Source: a virus (lineage: Duplodnaviria; Caudoviricetes). From it: 27,578 bases of DNA. The first letter of the stretch is position 1; every line of letters starts with the position of its first letter. The position numbers were made by a program, and so were the translations under genes. Positions 15,390 through 24,073 of the stretch are shown in pieces. The stretch spans positions 1 to 27,578 of IMG/VR virus record IMGVR_UViG_3300038674_000113, one strand, 5' to 3'. A model generated the notes under the pieces. That model was not told the DNA's origin, did no database searches, and saw only the letters and a list, made by a program, of their open reading frames with translations.

Positions 15390-15602
15390 ATGTTTAATTT
15401 AGCCCAAATTACCGCTTCATACTTAGATAGATGCCTACCCAATAGGCAGCTATTAAAAACAGCAAACCCTTCGGCCAAACGTGATGTTTTGTATCGTATG
15501 GCAACCGTACTAATCAATAGTGACCGTTTCCTCAACAACGAATACGTTGATGTGAATGGGTGCCTAAAATTCAAGAGGAACCGCAATGAGCGTACTCAGT
15601 AA
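15390..15602 (+). CDS. Hypothetical protein
   Basis: 70-aa ORF with a weak GGA RBS. Confidence 0.45.
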   Translation: MFNLAQITASYLDRCLPNRQLLKTANPSAKRDVLYRMATVLINSDRFLNNEYVDVNGCLKFKRNRNERTQ

Positions 15603-16209
15603 AGAACTCGACCGTAAGGTCAGAATGGCATTGGAGACTTACTCCGAGTGGCAGGTGGCCCGTATGTACAATCTACGTATCGGTGCCGTCCGTGCGGTTA
15701 AAATTGACATGCTTGCCGAGATAACCCGTAGTGAGATCAATGTGGATCTCAACACCCTGCGTCAGCGTGACTTGTTTTGGGAGGATTTCAAACTCCAAGG
15801 TACAGTCACCGGACGTACACCCTCCCGTGCGCCAGAAGGGCTGCATACCAACCCTCGTGGGTATGAGCAGCACTTGTCTGGGTATCAGCAGGTTGATGCC
15901 AACTATGCCGGCCTGGAAGCCCGTGTCATGGCTGGTTTCTTCTCGCCTAATGGTCAGCCGACTCCAGCATTCTGGGGCTTCATAAGCCAGTATGTGAAGA
16001 AGTCCGGCCACACCATGTTGGATATCCTGCATGACCAGGAAATCTATGCCCCAGAGCAGTTAGAACGTGCTCTGGATATCGACTCTCAACTGGAGGACAT
16101 GACACCGGAGCAACTGGCTTCGCTGTTGCATCGTGTCTCTAAAAAGGTTTATGAACATGCAATCGCAGATCCCACTGGCCCCAGTGCCAATGTTTCGGAC
16201 GGCGAATAA
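15586..16209 (+). CDS. Hypothetical protein with DNA polymerase A-like motif remnants
   Basis: GAGGA RBS; GTVTGRTPS and VDANYAGLEARVMA. Confidence 0.8.
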   Translation: MSVLSKELDRKVRMALETYSEWQVARMYNLRIGAVRAVKIDMLAEITRSEINVDLNTLRQRDLFWEDFKLQGTVTGRTPSRAPEGLHTNPRGYEQHLSGYQQVDANYAGLEARVMAGFFSPNGQPTPAFWGFISQYVKKSGHTMLDILHDQEIYAPEQLERALDIDSQLEDMTPEQLASLLHRVSKKVYEHAIADPTGPSANVSDGE

Positions 16210-16450
16210 CGTCAACGAAGCACTCTCTGAAATTAAAGCGCACCTGTACCCGTATGACGAGAACACGATGCATTCCCTGGTAATGATGTACCACAACACC
16301 CTTCTGAAAGATCTGGGCGCTCGTGAAGTGCATCTGCCCGCAGGCCGTACTATGAACTGCGAACCCACCCGTTATTTAGAAACCATTGAGGTAGCTAAAT
16401 TGTTACGGGATAACGGGTTCCCAGTCATTATTGAAGAACCGGAGGACTGA
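16157..16450 (+). CDS. Hypothetical protein
   Basis: ORF within the operon containing MMYHNTLL; start uncertain. Confidence 0.7.
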   Translation: MQSQIPLAPVPMFRTANNVNEALSEIKAHLYPYDENTMHSLVMMYHNTLLKDLGAREVHLPAGRTMNCEPTRYLETIEVAKLLRDNGFPVIIEEPED

Positions 16451-16451
16451 T

Positions 16452-16856
16452 ATGTCCAGTACCGTTACTACAGTGTTGGCAGCGAATGCTGCAATTCAGG
16501 CTTCCGTGGCTGCACAGCAAGCTCACGAGGCAAATGTGACCTCATGTATGGCATTCATGTCTGGTTTTCAGGGACGTGGTGCCAGCGTGCAAGAAGCTCG
16601 CCAATACAGCTCATGCGTATCCACTGTATACCCATCTGCTGAAATTGGGATTGAGATCCCGGCTAAAGCACTGGTGCTGACCTTCCTGCTTGCCGCCCTG
16701 ATAGGTATGGCTATTGCAGGGTACAAACGCTTTAAGCGTGGCAGTTTATGGGGGGCAGACTGGGTAGAGATCATTATCTTCTATCCCATATTCGGATGCG
16801 TAGCTTGCGGCTTAGGCTGGCTAGTTTACTGGGGAATTGCCTACCTACTCAGTTAA
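16452..16856 (+). CDS. Membrane protein with two C-terminal TM helices
   Basis: GGAGG RBS; hydrophobic segments. Confidence 0.8.
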   Translation: MSSTVTTVLAANAAIQASVAAQQAHEANVTSCMAFMSGFQGRGASVQEARQYSSCVSTVYPSAEIGIEIPAKALVLTFLLAALIGMAIAGYKRFKRGSLWGADWVEIIIFYPIFGCVACGLGWLVYWGIAYLLS

Positions 16857-17170
16857 TGCCCTCCGGGCATGGAGGCAGCGTGATTAAGCTCAAGTCCTTC
16901 TGGTGCCGGGCATACTACGGGCAATCCAAGCCCAGTAACTACGCCAAGCGCATTGTCATCGTCTACCGTAGGATTACCTGGCTTAACCCTGAACCCGCAT
17001 TCAGGGAGGCTATGATGCTTCGCTTCAAGCATCGAAAACAGGTGTCCTACAACCCGGTCACTGACCGACTGTATCTCTATTCTCACTTCAGAAGATGGGA
17101 GACAGTCACGAGACTGGATCCGAATAAACCCTACCGAGGTTTTTATGGAGAGCATGACCCAGGTGATTGA
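16856..17170 (+). CDS. Basic hypothetical protein
   Basis: TAATG overlap; alternative GTG start at 16880. Confidence 0.6.
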   Translation: MPSGHGGSVIKLKSFWCRAYYGQSKPSNYAKRIVIVYRRITWLNPEPAFREAMMLRFKHRKQVSYNPVTDRLYLYSHFRRWETVTRLDPNKPYRGFYGEHDPGD

Positions 17171-17393
17171 ACGTCGTCATACCAATGGTACGGTGACGGT
17201 AACGATCACCAAAGAAACCAGGAAGAAGGATTCCCGGTATAAACTGGAGTTGCACGAAGAAAACTACTCGGCTAATGAACATGGCCGGAGTATGTACAAC
17301 GACAAGTTTCATACCCTCTTCTTCTACCATGACGAACTGCTTGACCTCCGGTTATACCTGGAGCAAGCCCTACTATTTCTGGATTCAAAGTGA
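17154..17393 (+). CDS. Hypothetical protein
   Basis: GGAG RBS before MTQVIE. Confidence 0.7.
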   Translation: MTQVIERRHTNGTVTVTITKETRKKDSRYKLELHEENYSANEHGRSMYNDKFHTLFFYHDELLDLRLYLEQALLFLDSK

Positions 17394-17752
17394 TCACGAA
17401 AAAACATCCCCATCCTGATCGTCGTCAGGAAATCTGCGACCGTATCATGAAGCGGGTGGATATCCGTGACTGCGGTTATCGTGTCAACGGTATCGTATCC
17501 CCATGCCATGTCTGGACTGGCCCCACTTCGGGCGAAGGACGAGGCGGAGGCTATGGACGTATCAGCATCAACTCTCAAACGTGTGCCACTCACATTGTGA
17601 TGGCTACCCATTATTTTGGTTATATACCCGGCAATAAACAGGTAGACCACAAGTGTCGTAATCGCTTGTGCTGTAACCCTGAACATCTCGAACTGGTAAG
17701 CCAGAAAGAGAATTGCCGTCGTCGTGATAAAGCACTAAAGGAGGCTTCATGA
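17390..17752 (+). CDS. HNH endonuclease
   Basis: CHVWTG...GYGRI...VDHKCRNRLCCNPEHLELVSQKEN. Confidence 0.92.
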   Translation: MITKKHPHPDRRQEICDRIMKRVDIRDCGYRVNGIVSPCHVWTGPTSGEGRGGGYGRISINSQTCATHIVMATHYFGYIPGNKQVDHKCRNRLCCNPEHLELVSQKENCRRRDKALKEAS

Positions 17753-18075
17753 CAGGCGAAGATTATGACGAGCAGTTTAAACGTGAAGTCCTGCCTGACT
17801 GGGCTGAGCGTTACGATCCCTCTGGAACTCTGGAATTGCACCGTCAGCTATGCACAAAAGATGGTCGTCGATTGGGTAATGCTTTCATTACCAAAATCGG
17901 AACCACAATGAGCATTGCTGACTTCAAACCAGAGCCTTGCTATACGGTGCTAACCGATGCGGGTTCCCAGGTACGAATGATCGAAAGTGAAATTCGTGAT
18001 GCTTTTTATATTGGTGAGTACATCGCCAAATCCTACACAATCCCTGGTTTAAGGAATCGCAAAATAGATGAATAA
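17749..18075 (+). CDS. Hypothetical protein
   Basis: AGGAGG RBS, ATGA overlap; QLCTKDGRRLGNA. Confidence 0.8.
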   Translation: MTGEDYDEQFKREVLPDWAERYDPSGTLELHRQLCTKDGRRLGNAFITKIGTTMSIADFKPEPCYTVLTDAGSQVRMIESEIRDAFYIGEYIAKSYTIPGLRNRKIDE

Positions 18076-18271
18076 GTACCTCAAACTCTACCTGTACGCA
18101 GTAATCATATTGCTCGTGTCAGGTGTGTTATACGGTGGCTTGCTGCCGTCAATGGTATCGGCTAACGATACTATCCTCGTGTTCATCGGCATTGCCGGTG
18201 CTCTGGTGTGGCCTGCTCTGGTAGCCACTTTCGTCTATCGTCAATTTAAGAAGAAATTTAAAAATGCGTAA
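18068..18271 (+). CDS. Two-TM membrane protein coupled to the SPFH gene
   Basis: Two hydrophobic helices and a basic tail; overlaps the SPFH start. Confidence 0.8.
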   Translation: MNKYLKLYLYAVIILLVSGVLYGGLLPSMVSANDTILVFIGIAGALVWPALVATFVYRQFKKKFKNA

Positions 18272-19100
18272 ATTCATCATGGGCTGCATTCTGGCAGTCG
18301 TTGCAATGACCTCGTTGACCGGCTGCTATGATCGTGTCGAACCGGGTAACGTAGGTATCATCGTCAACCGTCTGGGCGACGATAAAGGCGTTGACCAGCA
18401 GGTCAAAGGCGTTGGCCGTTACTGGATCGGCTGGAACGAAGATCTGTATACGTTCCCGACGTTCAAGCAGATGAAGACCTACGACGAGAAGTTTTACTTC
18501 CAACTGTCGGACGGTACTCAAATCGGCCATCAACTGGCTATTAGCTATAAGGTCAACCCGACCAAAGTAGCGACTATCTTCCAGACCTACCGTAAAGGTG
18601 TCGATGAAATCACTGACCAGGATCTGCGTCAGCGTATTGCCGATATCCTGAACCGTCAGGGCAACCTGATTAACACCGACAAGTTCATTGACGGTGGTAA
18701 GTCTCGTCTGCTGGATAGCGTAGCCGATGCAGTGAAAAAAGAGATGGAGCCGGTCGGTATCGACATTATGGCTATCTCCTGGGTAGGTGCGCCGGAGTAC
18801 CCGGACAACGTGAAGCGTGCAATTAACGCGAAGGTTGAAGCTACCCAGAAAACTCTGCAACGTGAGCAGGAAGTGCAGCAGCGTATCGCTGAGGCAAACA
18901 TGGCCCGTGAGCAAGCCAAAGGTGAAGCTGACGCCGTGTTGACCAGAGCGAAAGCAGAAGCTGATGCCATCAAACTGCGTGGTGATGCACTGCGTGAAAA
19001 CCCTGGTGTAATGGAACTGGAAGCGATCAACAAGTGGAATGGCGTACTGCCGACCACAATGATTCCGGGTGCCTCTACACCGTTCGTACCGGTTAAGTAA
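18264..19100 (+). CDS. SPFH / Band 7 (prohibitin-like) lipoprotein
   Basis: Lipobox LTGC, RVEPGNVGI, coiled coil AEAN...AKGEADA, INKWNGVLP. Confidence 0.9.
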   Translation: MRKFIMGCILAVVAMTSLTGCYDRVEPGNVGIIVNRLGDDKGVDQQVKGVGRYWIGWNEDLYTFPTFKQMKTYDEKFYFQLSDGTQIGHQLAISYKVNPTKVATIFQTYRKGVDEITDQDLRQRIADILNRQGNLINTDKFIDGGKSRLLDSVADAVKKEMEPVGIDIMAISWVGAPEYPDNVKRAINAKVEATQKTLQREQEVQQRIAEANMAREQAKGEADAVLTRAKAEADAIKLRGDALRENPGVMELEAINKWNGVLPTTMIPGASTPFVPVK

Positions 19101-19106
19101 GCTCCT

Positions 19107-19132
19107 AAGCCAGGTTAGCAATAGCCTGGCTT
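19107..19132 (+). other. Intergenic stem-loop with a GCAA tetraloop
   Basis: AAGCCAGGTTA-GCAA-TAGCCTGGCTT; no long U tract, so possibly an mRNA stabiliser. Confidence 0.55.
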
Positions 19133-19165
19133 GTGAATCTTATTCCACCACCCTGGTAATCCCCC

Positions 19166-19558
19166 ATGAAAAAACTTATTCCTGTTGTTCTCGCTGTTGC
19201 TGCCCTCTCTGGGTGCGTCGTCAACCAGCCTACACCTGCTACGCAGGTTACGGCTGTTGCCTCCGCCCCGGTTACTGATCTCTGGTGTCAGTCTGTTCGC
19301 ACTGAAACGGGTAAACCTGATCAGCCTCTGGCTATCGCGTTCATTCGTGACCAGGGCGACCGTTTCACCGTGCTGAATGCCAAAGGCAAGGTCACTATTG
19401 TGTCGCCTCAGTTAGTCATCCAGAAGCCTTCTGGTATGCAGGGCTACAACAACGTTGGCCTGCTGTTCAGTAAAGGCAAAGGCCAATATGAAGGCTTTTA
19501 TGGCGTATTCCGCTATGAAGGCCAAAAGCAATTTGGTATTGCGTTCGACTGTCGTTAA
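19166..19558 (+). CDS. Putative lipoprotein
   Basis: Signal peptide and lipobox MKKLIPVVLAVAALSGC. Confidence 0.8.
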   Translation: MKKLIPVVLAVAALSGCVVNQPTPATQVTAVASAPVTDLWCQSVRTETGKPDQPLAIAFIRDQGDRFTVLNAKGKVTIVSPQLVIQKPSGMQGYNNVGLLFSKGKGQYEGFYGVFRYEGQKQFGIAFDCR

Positions 19559-19630
19559 TCCCCTCTGGTGCTGAAATATGAAAGTCCATGCCGACCGTGA
19601 GTAGGCACCTGAACCTAATTCGAGGTAATC

Positions 19631-20386
19631 ATGATCCTTCCTGAACAAGAAGAAGTTGCAGGCGTATTAGGCCGCGTCTTCGATGCGTATACTCGTTCTC
19701 GTGGCGTAATCCGCCCTCACTTCATCCTGTCCGGTGAATCGGGATCGGGTAAATCTCATCTGATTAAAACATTGTCTGCCGAGCGTGATATTGAAATGCT
19801 AGAAGTCAACGCTGCTGGTTTAACCAAAGAAGGCGTATCCGGTAACTCGTTATCCAAAGCCCTCACTGGTCTGCGTAACATGAACCACACCGGGGGTGTA
19901 GTCATCTTCGTGGATGAGTTCGACAAGCTGTTTACCAACGGCGTAGGCGGTGATACTCATGAAGCTCTGGCCGGTGTCCAGAATGAGTTTCTGACCATGC
20001 TGGAAAGCGATACAGCCAGTGTGTTCGGCGACTATGGCAAGTACGAAAAGGTTAACGTCGGTAAGACGCTGTTCGTGTTTGCTGGTGCCTTCAATGGCGA
20101 AGCCAACCTGACTCACGAGAAGATGCGTGAAATGGGTGTACGTACCGAGTTCCTGGGGCGTGTAGCACTGCATTTCAGTACGACTCGTCCGTCTCTCCAA
20201 TCTCTGTTGGATCTCGTCCCTGAGAACATTCTGCTGGCCGAATATCTGAAAGCATTTCAGAAACAAAACCAGAAGAAGAAAATCATTAATGAGATTCAGC
20301 AACAAATTAAGATGGCCTACAAAAAGAATGCTATCGGCGTTCGTGTAGTTAGCCAACTCGTTCATCAATACTTCTTGCAGGTATAA
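19631..20386 (+). CDS. ClpX/HslU-like AAA+ ATPase (short form)
   Basis: Walker A GESGSGKS, Walker B IFVDEFDK, GVQNEFL, FVFAGAF, EFLGRV. Confidence 0.85.
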   Translation: MILPEQEEVAGVLGRVFDAYTRSRGVIRPHFILSGESGSGKSHLIKTLSAERDIEMLEVNAAGLTKEGVSGNSLSKALTGLRNMNHTGGVVIFVDEFDKLFTNGVGGDTHEALAGVQNEFLTMLESDTASVFGDYGKYEKVNVGKTLFVFAGAFNGEANLTHEKMREMGVRTEFLGRVALHFSTTRPSLQSLLDLVPENILLAEYLKAFQKQNQKKKIINEIQQQIKMAYKKNAIGVRVVSQLVHQYFLQV

Positions 20387-20388
20387 CT

Positions 20389-20589
20389 ATGGGTATCCGA
20401 TGCCGTAAGAATGGGCATGTTCTCGAATTATGGCTAGGTATCCCAGACCATCCAGAGTCTGACTTAATAGCTTGCTTCGATGAAGCATATTTGCCCGAAG
20501 TACAAAAACAACTCAATGAGATCCGTAAATGGCCTAAAACGCCAGTTTACAGTGGTCGCCATTATCCAATAAAAAGGATCAAAAAATGA
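20389..20589 (+). CDS. Hypothetical protein
   Basis: 66 aa; overlaps the next start. Confidence 0.6.
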   Translation: MGIRCRKNGHVLELWLGIPDHPESDLIACFDEAYLPEVQKQLNEIRKWPKTPVYSGRHYPIKRIKK

Positions 20590-21656
20590 CTACCCAAGTC
20601 CGTCTGGATCACTCCGTCCCGTTCGTAGAACGTGTGCTCAAAAAGCGTCTGGTGCCCATGCTTCATGGATCACCTGCAATCGGTAAATCCGATATCATTC
20701 GTACCATCGCAGAAAAGTTCAACCTACTGGTCATTGACGTGCGACTCAGTACGTATGACCCGGCTGACATGAACGGTCTGCCGTACTTCAATACGTCCGG
20801 TGACCGCAACATTGCGGAATATGTACCGTTCGACGTGTTCCCAATCGAAGGCGATGCGCTGCCGGTTATCCGCGACAAAGAAGGCAATATCACTCACACC
20901 TATAATGGCTGGTTGGTATTCCTGGATGAACTACCGTCTGCGGCTCCGTCCGTACAGGCTGCCGCATTCAAGCTGATCCTGGATAAAATGGTAGGCCAGC
21001 GTAAGCTGCATCCTAAAGCTGCCCTCGCTGCTGCCGGTAATATGGAAGACGATGGTGCCATTGTTAACCCGTTACCTACCCCATTGCAGTCTCGTATGAT
21101 CAACTTCCAGGTGTATACCAACCTGGATTGTTTCATGAAGTATGCCCTGACGCAGAATATCGATTATCGTATTGCTGCATTTCTGGAGTTCAAACCAGAT
21201 TATGTGCATCACTTCAAGCCTGACCATGACGACCTGACCTTCGCTGCCCCGCGTACCTGGATGTTCCTGGATAAGCTGATCCGTGGCGAACCGGTAACTG
21301 ATGCTGATCTGCCGCTGGTAGCTGGCTGTATCTCATCCGGTGTCGGTGCCGAATTTATTGCATTCTGTAAAATATTCGATCAGGTGCCGAAGCTGGCCGA
21401 CATTCTGGCAGACCCGCTGAAAGCCCGTTGCCCGGAAAGTGATGATAATCCGTCACTGGTTTACGCTGTAGCCGGTTCAATGGCTCAGCACGCCAATAAG
21501 GACAACATCGATAAACTGGTGCCGTACATCGAGCGTATGCTGATGGAGTACCAGGTAATCGCATTCCGTCACATCATGGCGCGTGATCCTGGCCTCATCC
21601 AGCATGAGGCGATGAAGGACTGGATCCAACGTAATAGTAAAGAACTCTGGCATTAA
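20586..21656 (+). CDS. MoxR-like AAA+ ATPase (N4 gp24-like)
   Basis: GSPAIGKS, DVRLS...DMNGLP, VFLDEL, AAGN, PRTW. Confidence 0.9.
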   Translation: MTTQVRLDHSVPFVERVLKKRLVPMLHGSPAIGKSDIIRTIAEKFNLLVIDVRLSTYDPADMNGLPYFNTSGDRNIAEYVPFDVFPIEGDALPVIRDKEGNITHTYNGWLVFLDELPSAAPSVQAAAFKLILDKMVGQRKLHPKAALAAAGNMEDDGAIVNPLPTPLQSRMINFQVYTNLDCFMKYALTQNIDYRIAAFLEFKPDYVHHFKPDHDDLTFAAPRTWMFLDKLIRGEPVTDADLPLVAGCISSGVGAEFIAFCKIFDQVPKLADILADPLKARCPESDDNPSLVYAVAGSMAQHANKDNIDKLVPYIERMLMEYQVIAFRHIMARDPGLIQHEAMKDWIQRNSKELWH

Positions 21657-21662
21657 TCCCCC

Positions 21663-21682
21663 TGGGGCTTCGGCCCCACTTT
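21663..21682 (+). terminator. Weak terminator-like hairpin
   Basis: TGGGGC-TTCG-GCCCCA followed by CTTT. Confidence 0.55.
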
Positions 21683-21697
21683 AACTGGAGACAGTCA

Positions 21698-22330
21698 ATG
21701 TCTAATACCACCCGTACCTTTAACTCTTTACCACCAAGCCTGCAAAACCTGGCAATTCAACTGGTCATTATCCGTGCTCAGCAGTTTGAAGACGCTAATT
21801 TGCGTAACCTCGTAGAGGAAGCTGTTCTCGCTGCCGGTGCTGGACTGGAAGTGGGTGTCATGCCCGAAGTAGCTGTTGACCCAGCTAAACCCGGCGAAGA
21901 ACAGACTGCATATCAGCAGACTGAGTTTACTGGCGCAAACCTGGATTATAAAGATCCTGAAATCTTTGATCCAAAAAACCAGGATGATGCTATCTACGCT
22001 CTAAGCTATTTGTTCTCTGCTCTGCGTAATACTGCCATGCCTGAAAAGCATTGTGGCCGCACCAACTGTGAAGTATGTAACGCGTTGTTCGGTAAGCCGG
22101 AAGAAAAGCAAGAAGTTAACAAGCTGCGTTTCCAGCAGGTTGACCATAAAGAAGGCGCTTTCGGCCCGGTAGATATCTACCGTAGTGCCCTGAAAGAAAA
22201 CGTATACGCAATCATGAACCGTGGCAAAACTGCACTGGTTGAAAGCTCTAATATCGAACTGATGACATACCAGGCAGCAGTTAGAATTGTCCGTGAACAC
22301 GGCAAAGAAGGCCGTTCTATCGTAGGCTAA
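21698..22330 (+). CDS. Hypothetical protein
   Basis: GGAG RBS; 210 aa; HCGRTNCEVC cluster. Confidence 0.8.
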   Translation: MSNTTRTFNSLPPSLQNLAIQLVIIRAQQFEDANLRNLVEEAVLAAGAGLEVGVMPEVAVDPAKPGEEQTAYQQTEFTGANLDYKDPEIFDPKNQDDAIYALSYLFSALRNTAMPEKHCGRTNCEVCNALFGKPEEKQEVNKLRFQQVDHKEGAFGPVDIYRSALKENVYAIMNRGKTALVESSNIELMTYQAAVRIVREHGKEGRSIVG

Positions 22331-22345
22331 GTAAAGGGGACTATC

Positions 22346-22945
22346 ATGAGCAAATATCCGTGGCTAAACGATCAGCCCCGTCTGGCCTCCGGGCGTGAAT
22401 GGAAAGAACAGTACGAACAGAACTGGGCTTCTCAATTCGAAAAGGCAGAGGAAATATTTGTGGTAGTCCCCGATTCTCGACTCGAAGAGGCACAGAGGAT
22501 CATATTACCCATTCAAGAGAATATGCAATTACCGCTCGTCTGGTCATTCAAGCATAATCCTCTCTGTCTCTTTTCCCGGTTTATCAAACCATCCAGCCCT
22601 TCACCTTCTAAGCTGCTGGGTCAAGCCTACATTCCGCACTGCATAATCAATATCAGTACGGAGAAATTTAACCCACAATCAGCAAGAACAATGCGTGCGC
22701 ATTGCGATATGTACTACTGGTCTGACGAAAGTGAGTTCATGGTACATAAATGGATGGTGGTTGATACCCATGAGGGTATTAAAGGTGAACTGTATCTGCT
22801 CGATAATTATCTGCGTCAACTTAATTGGTCGCAGATAAATGACCGAGCATTCGAAATTAAAACCATGATCTTACTGAAAGGTAACAGTGATGGATTTCCA
22901 AAAAATTATGAGCAAGGCCAAAATTGGTCTGCTCACAAAAGATGA
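22346..22945 (+). CDS. Hypothetical protein
   Basis: GGGGA RBS; 199 aa. Confidence 0.7.
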   Translation: MSKYPWLNDQPRLASGREWKEQYEQNWASQFEKAEEIFVVVPDSRLEEAQRIILPIQENMQLPLVWSFKHNPLCLFSRFIKPSSPSPSKLLGQAYIPHCIINISTEKFNPQSARTMRAHCDMYYWSDESEFMVHKWMVVDTHEGIKGELYLLDNYLRQLNWSQINDRAFEIKTMILLKGNSDGFPKNYEQGQNWSAHKR

Positions 22946-24056
22946 GATGGTGTTTTTCACCCACATCATCCTGGGCTGTAAGCACAGCATCAATAATACA
23001 GAAGCCACGGCCTTTACGGACGGGCTGAACTGTTACTACAACGAGGAATTTTTCAAATCCCTCACCCCTGATGAGCGTGAGTTCATCGTCGCCCATGAAG
23101 GTCTGCATATCGCACTGGAGCACTGCACTGAGCGTGCTCAGGGTATGGATCCTGACCTCTGGAACAAAGCTGCGGATTACGTGATCAACTTAATCCTCAC
23201 CCGTGTCGGTCTGAAAATGCCGAAGGGTGGCCTGCTGCGTGAAGATTTCCGTAACCTCTCAACTATGCAAGTGTATCGCCTGCTACAGGACGAAGAGGAA
23301 GAAAATGGTAAAGGCTCCACCCCAGACAATATGTTTGGCGGTATGCCGATGAAGGATCTGCGTGAACCTAAAGGACCACACCAGACCGAAACCAGACAGG
23401 AAATTAAGCAGAAGGTGCAAGAGCTTGTTATGCGTGGTAAGGCGATGGCTGAAATGGCTGGCAAAATGTCCAGCGATATTGGCCCGGACTTACAGCGACT
23501 GATTGACAGCATTCTTAAGCCTGCCATTCCCTGGCAGCGTGTGCTTCGTCGTCTGTTCTTTGCCATGACCAAAGGCGACTTCAACTGGATGCGTCCGAAT
23601 CGTCGTTATCACCCGATGGGTATCTATCTGCCGAGTCAGTATTCCCCTGGTTTAGGCCCAGGTGCATTCGGCTGGGATACATCAGGATCGATAACCGACA
23701 AGATATTCAACTTCTTCGTCAGCGAGACTCACCACGTATTGAAGGGCTTCAACCCGGACTATATCGAGGTAATGCAGTTTGACCATACCTTGCGTAGCAA
23801 GAACCGTGTCCGTAGTCTCAAGGCTCTGCTGGATATTGAGATGAAGGGCGGTGGTGGTACGGTCATTGACGAGTTGATGGAATCCTACGCTGCCGATCAG
23901 TCCCGCTGGTTGGTTGTATTGACGGATGGTTACATCCACAATCTGCACAACATTCCTAACCCCCGTAAGCCGGTAATCTGGGCAGTCTATGTCAATCCAG
24001 GTTTCACACCGCCATTCGGTCAGGTTGTTAACTTTAAAATGCCGGAGGACAATTGA
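22890..24056 (+). CDS. Metallopeptidase-like plus VWA domain protein (N4 gp25-like)
   Basis: TAFTDG, HEGLH (HExxH), WNKAADYVIN, MIDAS DTSGS, GGGGT, LTDG. Confidence 0.9.
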   Translation: MDFQKIMSKAKIGLLTKDEMVFFTHIILGCKHSINNTEATAFTDGLNCYYNEEFFKSLTPDEREFIVAHEGLHIALEHCTERAQGMDPDLWNKAADYVINLILTRVGLKMPKGGLLREDFRNLSTMQVYRLLQDEEEENGKGSTPDNMFGGMPMKDLREPKGPHQTETRQEIKQKVQELVMRGKAMAEMAGKMSSDIGPDLQRLIDSILKPAIPWQRVLRRLFFAMTKGDFNWMRPNRRYHPMGIYLPSQYSPGLGPGAFGWDTSGSITDKIFNFFVSETHHVLKGFNPDYIEVMQFDHTLRSKNRVRSLKALLDIEMKGGGGTVIDELMESYAADQSRWLVVLTDGYIHNLHNIPNPRKPVIWAVYVNPGFTPPFGQVVNFKMPEDN

Positions 24057-24073
24057 TCCTCTAAGAGGTAATC

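Noticed and set aside
17390-17752. HNH gene as a mobile intron or homing element
   Set aside because: Free-standing, coupled to both neighbours, and interrupts no gene
18258-19121. 287-aa minus-strand ORF
   Set aside because: Antisense shadow of the SPFH gene with no motifs
20586-24056. MoxR AAA plus VWA pair as a novel system
   Set aside because: A known conserved gene pair in N4-like phages (gp24/gp25-like)
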